The position numbers and the translations under genes are program-made. Under the pieces are notes generated by a model. It made no database searches. It was not told the DNA's origin and saw nothing but the letters and a program-made list of their open reading frames with translations. From NCBI GenBank assembly GCA_963664225.1, contig OY760937.1:992001-1056000 (forward strand): a stretch of DNA of 64,000 bases, given 5' to 3'. This DNA is from Verrucomicrobiia bacterium. GTDB taxonomy: Bacteria; Verrucomicrobiota; Verrucomicrobiia; Limisphaerales; UBA1319. How positions within the stretch are numbered: the first letter of the stretch is position 1; each line of letters begins with the position of its first letter. Positions 58,049-64,000 of the stretch are shown here, one piece after another.

Positions 58049-59545
58049 TTAGTCTCCAACATAGATTTTATTAGATGTTTTCCCATTTGTCAGTTCAACC
58101 CAATATTCGTTTGAATTGAAATCGCAGACAATTCGTTTGATTAAAAAGTTAATTGGTTCCAATAGTTGTTTCCTCACGTCATCATTCTTTAGTTTGGTCT
58201 CCATGTCAGACAGACAGTCAGTCAACGCTCCATCGTCATCACCCTTTAGAACGGTCTGTAGAATGTTTAAACCGTGCTTTAATTGGTTTGGTGAATGTAT
58301 GGAAGATTGTTTAATCAATAGTTCATCGTCAATTTCCTTCATTCGTTTCTGTGCCTTGGTCAATTTGGTTCTCAATACATCCATTCCGATATCCTGAAGT
58401 GATAATAACTTTTCAACCTCCATGTGAAGGGTAAAGTGTTCGGCCTGTAAGTGTCTAACAGATTCAACCAATGATTTATCCATGTCAGAAATCAAATCGT
58501 CTGTGGTGGATTCAAGAACCATTGATAACAATGTCTCCTCAAACAACTTCGCCCGAAAGTGGGTTACTTGGTCACAACTCCCTTGGTGTTTCCCTTTACA
58601 ATAGAAATACCGTGTGAAAATCTTATTCGATGTCGTTACGACTGATTTACCACAATGGGAACAAAATAATTTACCACGTAGAAAGTTTGTCAGTAGTGGT
58701 CTTTTACCTTGTTTGGGGGCATTTTTAATTAGAAGAAATTGAACACGGTTGAATTGAACGTCTGAAATAATCCTTGGGAAATACCCTTTCACCCCTTTAA
58801 ACTCGCCCATCGTCTGTCTGGCCGTAAGAAGATTCTTAACATACGCTGGGGCCCAAAACTTCGCACGGGCAAATGTCTTATAACCCTTTAGATTTAGTTG
58901 TTGTGTCGTCTGATAAATCGATTTCAGTTTTTCGTATTCGTCAAAAACATATTTAACTGTCTTGGAATTATCGTTCAAAACATAACGTTCGTTTTCCTTA
59001 TCCCAATCAAAATAGTGTGGGCAACAATCATACATCCAAACTTGTTTTCCACTCAACGCACTTTCACGTTTCCTTTTCTTCGCTGACGCAACCCTTGAAC
59101 CAAGTGTTTTTGAATATTGATTCGCTCCAACAAACGCCATTAACATTTTCAAGATTGTGGTTATGGGGTCTGATTTGACCTTTTCAGTGGTATAAAAGTC
59201 ATTCTCAAGAAACGAATAAACTTGAACCCCTTTTTTTAATAATGACAAGAAAATGGGTAAAACATCATCCACGTCATTACGACTGAATCGGTCTAATTTT
59301 TCCACAATCAAAACACAAGGGGTTTGAATGAAACCCATATCCACCTTTTTTATAAACCCACCAAGGATTGACGAATGGTTTAGGTTTTTTCCGTGATACG
59401 CAGAAACACCACGTTCGGGGGGTAAATCGATAAGATTCCATCCCCTATCCCTACAGATGGTTCTCGCCAGTTCCGTTTGACGTAAAAAGGAATCACCATC
59501 CGTTTGTTTTTTCGAACTCCAACGAACATAAGAATAAGCATTCAT
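58049..59545 (-). CDS. Large serine recombinase (integrase)
   Basis: YSYVRWSSKKQ (catalytic Ser), VEKLDRFSR, recombinase domain, zinc ribbon CSHCG...YFYC...C, coiled coil. Confidence 0.93.
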   Translation of the reverse strand: MNAYSYVRWSSKKQTDGDSFLRQTELARTICRDRGWNLIDLPPERGVSAYHGKNLNHSSILGGFIKKVDMGFIQTPCVLIVEKLDRFSRNDVDDVLPIFLSLLKKGVQVYSFLENDFYTTEKVKSDPITTILKMLMAFVGANQYSKTLGSRVASAKKRKRESALSGKQVWMYDCCPHYFDWDKENERYVLNDNSKTVKYVFDEYEKLKSIYQTTQQLNLKGYKTFARAKFWAPAYVKNLLTARQTMGEFKGVKGYFPRIISDVQFNRVQFLLIKNAPKQGKRPLLTNFLRGKLFCSHCGKSVVTTSNKIFTRYFYCKGKHQGSCDQVTHFRAKLFEETLLSMVLESTTDDLISDMDKSLVESVRHLQAEHFTLHMEVEKLLSLQDIGMDVLRTKLTKAQKRMKEIDDELLIKQSSIHSPNQLKHGLNILQTVLKGDDDGALTDCLSDMETKLKNDDVRKQLLEPINFLIKRIVCDFNSNEYWVELTNGKTSNKIYVGD

Positions 59546-59581
59546 AAGTCGTTATCTTACAGTGTAGGATGAAAAATACAA

Positions 59582-59592
59582 TGCCTGATTTG
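59582..59592 (+). repeat. Right attachment-site core
   Basis: TGCCTGATTTG, 36 bp upstream of the recombinase ATG, at the AT-to-GC boundary. Confidence 0.75.
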
Positions 59593-59657
59593 ATTTACGG
59601 CTCAACAGTTAAAATTAGCTCGCCCGGAACCATGGTTCCTCTTTAGGCTGGTCTTGC

Positions 59658-60539
59658 ATGAAATCAATGACGGGTTACGGGCGTGGTGAAAATGCCCAGG
59701 CAGGCTTCAAAGTCACGGTCGAGTTGAGTTCCATCAACCGCAAACAGTCGGAAATCTCCGTGTTCATGCCTCGTGAAATCGAGGCGCTCGAACCCCGGAT
59801 TCGTGACGCCATCAACCATGGCGTCGCCCGCGGACGTGTCACGTCCCGCGTTTCCCTGCACGCCGCTGAAAATGACGCCACTCCATCGGTCCGATTGAAT
59901 GGCGCGCTGGCCCGGGCGTACGCCCATGAATTGAAACGGCTGGCCGACGAGTTGGGCATGCCGGGTAGTGTCAGCCTGGATTTGATTGTCCGTTCACCGG
60001 GCGTCATCGTCACCGATCAGGAAGCGCTCGATCCCGAGACCTTCTGGCCCGCCACCGAAAAGGCCCTCCGTCAGGCCTTGACGGCTCTGGTTGGAATGCG
60101 CAAGCGGGAAGGCGAGCATCTGGAGAAGGACCTGACCGCGCGCATTTCCACGATGGCCAAAGCGGTGGCGCGTGTGGCCAAACGGGCGCCCCTGGCCGTT
60201 AAGAACTGTGAAAAGCATCTGGCAGCCCGGTTAAAAAAAGCCGGTTTGGAGAACTCGGATATTCCGGAGCAACGCTGGCTCCAGGAGATTCTCTTGTTTG
60301 CGGACAAGATGGATATCACCGAGGAGTTGACCCGTCTGCAAAGCCATTTTCAGCAATACGAGGATTGCCGTAAATCCACCGCGCCGGTTGGGCGCACCCT
60401 GGACTTTCTGGCCCAGGAAATGAACCGCGAGATTAATACCATTGGCTCGAAAGCCAACGACAGCGTAATTTCGAAGGAAGTCGTTCTTTTGAAAACCGAA
60501 CTGGAAAAATTCCGCGAGCAGGTTCAGAACGTGGAATAA
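59658..60539 (+). CDS. yicC: YicC/YloC family endoribonuclease
   Basis: MKSMTGYGR, DITEELTRLQSH, GRTLDFLAQEMNREINTIGSK, REQVQNVE. Confidence 0.95.
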   Translation: MKSMTGYGRGENAQAGFKVTVELSSINRKQSEISVFMPREIEALEPRIRDAINHGVARGRVTSRVSLHAAENDATPSVRLNGALARAYAHELKRLADELGMPGSVSLDLIVRSPGVIVTDQEALDPETFWPATEKALRQALTALVGMRKREGEHLEKDLTARISTMAKAVARVAKRAPLAVKNCEKHLAARLKKAGLENSDIPEQRWLQEILLFADKMDITEELTRLQSHFQQYEDCRKSTAPVGRTLDFLAQEMNREINTIGSKANDSVISKEVVLLKTELEKFREQVQNVE

Positions 60540-60591
60540 TCGTCATTTTACAGTTCTACACGGAATCAAAACGCTTAATTTCAAGAGCACA

Positions 60592-61221
60592 ATGCCCGCT
60601 AAAATTTCCAACTCCATATTATTGGTGATTTCGGCGCCTTCGGGTGGCGGAAAAACCACTGTTTGCCAGGAACTGCTGGCGTCCAATCCCAATCTGCATC
60701 GGGTGGTTACTTGCACCACACGCGCTCCGCGCCCGGGTGAGAAGGACGGTGTGGATTACCAGTTTCTAACGGCGGAAGATTTCTTGAAACGCGTTCAAGC
60801 CGGAGAATTTCTCGAGTATGCCACCGTTTATGGAAACAGCTATGGCACATTAAAATCGGACGTGCTTGCCAAATTGCGACAGGGCAGGGATTTGCTGTTG
60901 GCTATTGATGTTCAGGGGGTCGCCGCCATTCGGGCAAAAGCCGCGGAGGTGCCGGAATTGCAGCGTTCCCTGGTGACGGTGTTTCTGACGCCGCCCAGTC
61001 TTGATATCCTGGCGAAACGTTTGAGCCAAAGAGCCACCGATTCTGAAGCGGTCCAGCGCAAGCGATTGAGTGTGGCCAGACAGGAAATCAGCCAGTGGGT
61101 GCATTATGAATATCTGGTTTTGAGCGGCTCAATCGCCGAGGACCTGCGCCGTATGCAGATCATCATCGAGGCTGAAAAGATGCGCCAGTTTCGTTCGGTC
61201 GCCCCCATTACGGAATTCTAG
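60592..61221 (+). CDS. gmk: Guanylate kinase
   Basis: SAPSGGGKTT, TTRAPRPGEKDGVDYQF, EFLEYA.VYGNSYGT. Confidence 0.96.
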   Translation: MPAKISNSILLVISAPSGGGKTTVCQELLASNPNLHRVVTCTTRAPRPGEKDGVDYQFLTAEDFLKRVQAGEFLEYATVYGNSYGTLKSDVLAKLRQGRDLLLAIDVQGVAAIRAKAAEVPELQRSLVTVFLTPPSLDILAKRLSQRATDSEAVQRKRLSVARQEISQWVHYEYLVLSGSIAEDLRRMQIIIEAEKMRQFRSVAPITEF

Positions 61222-61375
61222 GCGGGAACTCCATTCCCAGGCTCCGTAATCTTCCGGCACGTAATTGAGACACGATTTTGCATTGAGAAATGCAAAAAGT
61301 TCGCTACTATAGATAGCTGTAGGCGCAGTAAAAACAGGAGTTTTCTAATTAAACGTTTTTGCCGCCTATTCAATT

Positions 61376-61648
61376 ATGGCAAAGCAAATTAAGAAGAAGG
61401 TCGAATTCACTCTGGACGCTCCCGAAGCCAAAACCGTTGTTCTGGCGGGCGATTTTACCGGATGGCAGCAAAAGCCTCTGGCTTTTTCGCGCCAAAAAAC
61501 CGGTATTTGGAAAGTCGCGGTCACGCTCCCGGCCGGGGCTTATCAATACCGTTTTCTGGTCGATGGCCAGTGGCAGGATGATCCAGCCTGCAAAACGCAT
61601 TGCCTCAATGAGTTCGGAGGCCAGAATTGCGTTTGCAAAGTGGCCTGA
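61376..61648 (+). CDS. Stand-alone glycogen-binding (CBM48/AMPK-type) domain protein
   Basis: APEAKTVVLAGDFTGW, GAYQYRFLVDGQWQDDP, NEFGGQN. Confidence 0.88.
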   Translation: MAKQIKKKVEFTLDAPEAKTVVLAGDFTGWQQKPLAFSRQKTGIWKVAVTLPAGAYQYRFLVDGQWQDDPACKTHCLNEFGGQNCVCKVA

Positions 61649-61678
61649 ACCCGCTGCGAAGGCCGGAGTATCGGCCGT

Positions 61679-62947
61679 TCATTTTACGATGCGATAGAGC
61701 GCGGTCTTGGTTCTTAAAACCAGGGAATTGCCATCGACAGCGGGCGACGCCATAAAGCCGTCCTCCAAGCTGCTCTCGGCCAATATTTTAAAAGGCGGCT
61801 GGTCTGCCAGAACAGTGGCTTTGCCTTCCTCGCTGAAACAATAGATGCGACCGTCGGCATGCAGTGGGGATGCGGTAAAATGGCCGCCCAATTTCTGGCG
61901 CCCGGCGATTCCACCGTTTTCGGCGCGGATAAAGGTCGCGGTTCCGTTGTCATCGACCATGAAGAGATAGTCTCCGACCAGCAGGATAGATGGTTTCAGG
62001 GAGACGTCCTTTTTAATCCGCCACAGGATGTGACTCTCGTTGACGATGCCGCTACCGCCTGGTTTGACCGCCAAAAGCTGGCCCGAGGAAAATCCTGCAC
62101 AATAATAAATGCGGTCTTTCCCAATCACCGGTCTCGCGCTGCCAGAGAAGCATTGGCGTTCTTCCAAACGCCACAATTCCTTGCCGTCATTCGGTTGATA
62201 GGCATAGAGCGCCTTGGATCCCAGGCTCAGGAGGATGGGCGGTTGACCATCAAAAGCGGCAATCAGGGGGGTTGAAAAGGCTTTCCGAAAATCCCCGCTG
62301 TCCTTTGGTTTACCTTCGGCATTGAGGTCCTGCCAATCGATGGAACGATCCACTTTCCAGAGGGTTTTCCCGGTCTTTTTATCCAGCGCAACCACGTATT
62401 GGAAATCGCTGCCATCGAAATGCATGATCAACTTGTCCTCGAAAACAATGGGTGAGGAGCCGGCGCTGCGGTAATGGTTGCATTCCAAATCACGGCGCTC
62501 CCATAGCACCGCCCCGGTTTTCGTATCCAGACAGGCGGTTCCGGGCGCGCCAAAAGTGACATACACCCGTCCCTCTTCAATCACCGGGGAGGGGGAGGCA
62601 TAAGTGTTAAAAGGAATGCAATATTGGGGCTTGGCGACATCGAAAATCTTTAAATCACGTATGACGGCCCCGGTTTCACTATCCACGCAAACGGCGAATA
62701 ATTCTTTGCCATCCTCAGGGGCTGTTGTGAACCAGATCTGGCGGTCCCAGATTACCGGTGAAGACCAGGCGCGACCATGAATGGGGGTTTTCCATTGCAC
62801 ATTATTCGTTTCCGACCAGGACAACGGCAGGCTTTTGGCGTCTGAATTACCCTGTCCATCCGGGCCGCGAAATTGAGGCCAGCGATCTGCTCCCGACGCG
62901 GCCGATGAACATAATGCGGCCAGAAATATCCACGGTTTCCAATTCAT
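61679..62947 (-). CDS. PQQ-like beta-propeller repeat protein, secreted
   Basis: WPQFRGP, WSSPVI, repeated LDxxTG..LW units, ASPAV near the C-terminus. Confidence 0.88.
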   Translation of the reverse strand: MNWKPWIFLAALCSSAASGADRWPQFRGPDGQGNSDAKSLPLSWSETNNVQWKTPIHGRAWSSPVIWDRQIWFTTAPEDGKELFAVCVDSETGAVIRDLKIFDVAKPQYCIPFNTYASPSPVIEEGRVYVTFGAPGTACLDTKTGAVLWERRDLECNHYRSAGSSPIVFEDKLIMHFDGSDFQYVVALDKKTGKTLWKVDRSIDWQDLNAEGKPKDSGDFRKAFSTPLIAAFDGQPPILLSLGSKALYAYQPNDGKELWRLEERQCFSGSARPVIGKDRIYYCAGFSSGQLLAVKPGGSGIVNESHILWRIKKDVSLKPSILLVGDYLFMVDDNGTATFIRAENGGIAGRQKLGGHFTASPLHADGRIYCFSEEGKATVLADQPPFKILAESSLEDGFMASPAVDGNSLVLRTKTALYRIVK

Positions 62948-63157
62948 AATGTCCGGCAGCCTAACTAGCGCGTCTTTGTGAGGCCAGCCAGAAAAGATGA
63001 TGAAAACCAGTTAAATCGCCAGGCTGGTGAAAACGTCGCCTCCCGGAGAACGGCCCGAAGATTGATTTACTTTCTGTCCCCTCACATGTCAGTATGGCGC
63101 GAAGCTAATTTGTGCATAAACGGCCAGTCGAAAACCATGCCGATTTAGGATTTTGGT

Positions 63158-64000
63158 ATGAAATTAATCAAGAAACTGTCTCCAGCCAGCTTTTGTGGAA
63201 AAATCAGTGTGGTCCTCTGTCTGCTGGGCTTTGGCGGGCTGCCGTTTGTTAACGGACTTTTTGGCGGTGAATTGTCCGGCCGCAACGAAGCCGAGGTTGC
63301 GATTTCGAAGCTGCCAACCTTGCACAAGTCTTCCAAATTGCCCACAAAAGACTGGCTCATTGATGGAAATTCCTACAAGGCCCGTGTGTATCGCGGGGAG
63401 TATCCCAATGAAATCGTTCTGGCCAATGGTCTGGTGGCCCGCACATTTCGCCTCACTCCGAACGCGGCCACGGTGGGCCTCGATAATCTGGTGACTGGCG
63501 AAACCATCCTGCGCGGTGTGAAGCCGGAGGCTGTTGTCGAATTGGACGGCAAGCGCTACGAAGTCGGTGGATTGAAAGGCCAGCCCAACTATGCTTTTCT
63601 GCGGCCGGAGTGGTTGGAGAGAATGAGCGACGATCCTGCGGCGTTTCGATTCGTCGGTTTTGAAGTGGGCCAGCCGAAAGAGCGACTCGCCTGGAAGCAA
63701 GTGCGACATCACGCGCCCAATGTGCAATGGCCGCCTGCGGGTGTTTCTCTAAGGCTTGATTTTGCACAGCCTGAAGGGACTTATGCTCCGCCCAACTCCG
63801 CCATTCGCGTTTCCGTTCACTATGAGCTCTACGACGGCATTCCCTGCTACAGCAAGTGGATCACGATTCGCAACGACTCCGGGCGTTCGATTCGTGTGGA
63901 CCGTTTTTCCAGCGAGGTGCTTGCGGTGGTGGAACGAACTGCCGAAGTGGATGAACTCACCAATGGCCTTAATCCTCCCAATCTCCATATTGAGACCGAT
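63158..64000 (+). CDS. Secreted glycoside hydrolase, alpha-galactosidase-like N-terminal region; runs off the right edge
   Basis: Open frame from ATG 63158 reading DWLID...LANGLVARTF...RGVKPEA...VGGLKGQPNYAFL...VHYELYDGIPCYSKW. The catalytic domain is not in the window. Confidence 0.6.
   Translation, partial: MKLIKKLSPASFCGKISVVLCLLGFGGLPFVNGLFGGELSGRNEAEVAISKLPTLHKSSKLPTKDWLIDGNSYKARVYRGEYPNEIVLANGLVARTFRLTPNAATVGLDNLVTGETILRGVKPEAVVELDGKRYEVGGLKGQPNYAFLRPEWLERMSDDPAAFRFVGFEVGQPKERLAWKQVRHHAPNVQWPPAGVSLRLDFAQPEGTYAPPNSAIRVSVHYELYDGIPCYSKWITIRNDSGRSIRVDRFSSEVLAVVERTAEVDELTNGLNPPNLHIETD

Larger units (their letters stand above)
52983..59592. mobile_element. ~6.6-kb AT-rich integrative element carrying a serine integrase
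   Basis: Abrupt drop in GC content, flanking near-identical cores TGCCTGAATTG / TGCCTGATTTG, and a large serine recombinase at the right end. Confidence 0.9.

Noticed and set aside
52983..59592. Prophage, or a chimeric assembly join
   Set aside because: No phage structural genes were recognised. Matching cores at both ends that rebuild a symmetric attP argue for true integration, though reads were not available to confirm.
59582..60539. Element as a yicC-targeting mobilisable genomic island of the SXT-mobilised type
   Set aside because: Those integrate at the 3' end of yicC using tyrosine integrases. This element lies 5' of yicC and uses a serine recombinase.

Overview
GC-rich bacterial chromosomal segment, probably Verrucomicrobiota of the Pedosphaera/Limisphaera type. 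This placement is inferred from a TGTTC-N4-GAACA-type LexA box, a prepilin/H-X9-DG-type protein and secreted proteins ending in FYR. Most of the window is housekeeping or metabolic: secA (partial), rluA-like, ppiD-like, folP-cdaA-cdaR-glmM, ltaE, rsmD, UbiD-family, nfnAB, aroB, oppDF, namZ, phrB, miaB, moxR-DUF58-transglutaminase, yicC-gmk, plus several glycoside hydrolases and large secreted proteins. Five things stand out. (1) lexA is followed by one 1448-aa ORF that fuses an intact Y-family DinB polymerase to an intact C-family DnaE polymerase. (2) A ~6.6-kb AT-rich, GATC-free integrative element (52983-59592) is bounded by a TGCCTGA(A/T)TTG core. It carries a large serine recombinase, a minimal family-A-like (TV-Pol-like) polymerase, a hairpin-dense non-coding block and a candidate sRNA. 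(3) A small secreted peptide is built from Cys-Thr-Asn octamer repeats. (4) Three unrelated secreted proteins share a C-terminal ...W-T...FYR domain and are rich in Thr-Asn. (5) There is an archaeal-type adenylate kinase and a stand-alone transposase N-terminal domain. I recognised no rRNA, tRNA or CRISPR array. All calls come from reading motifs by eye and no database searches were run. Several start codons were adjusted from the ORF track.
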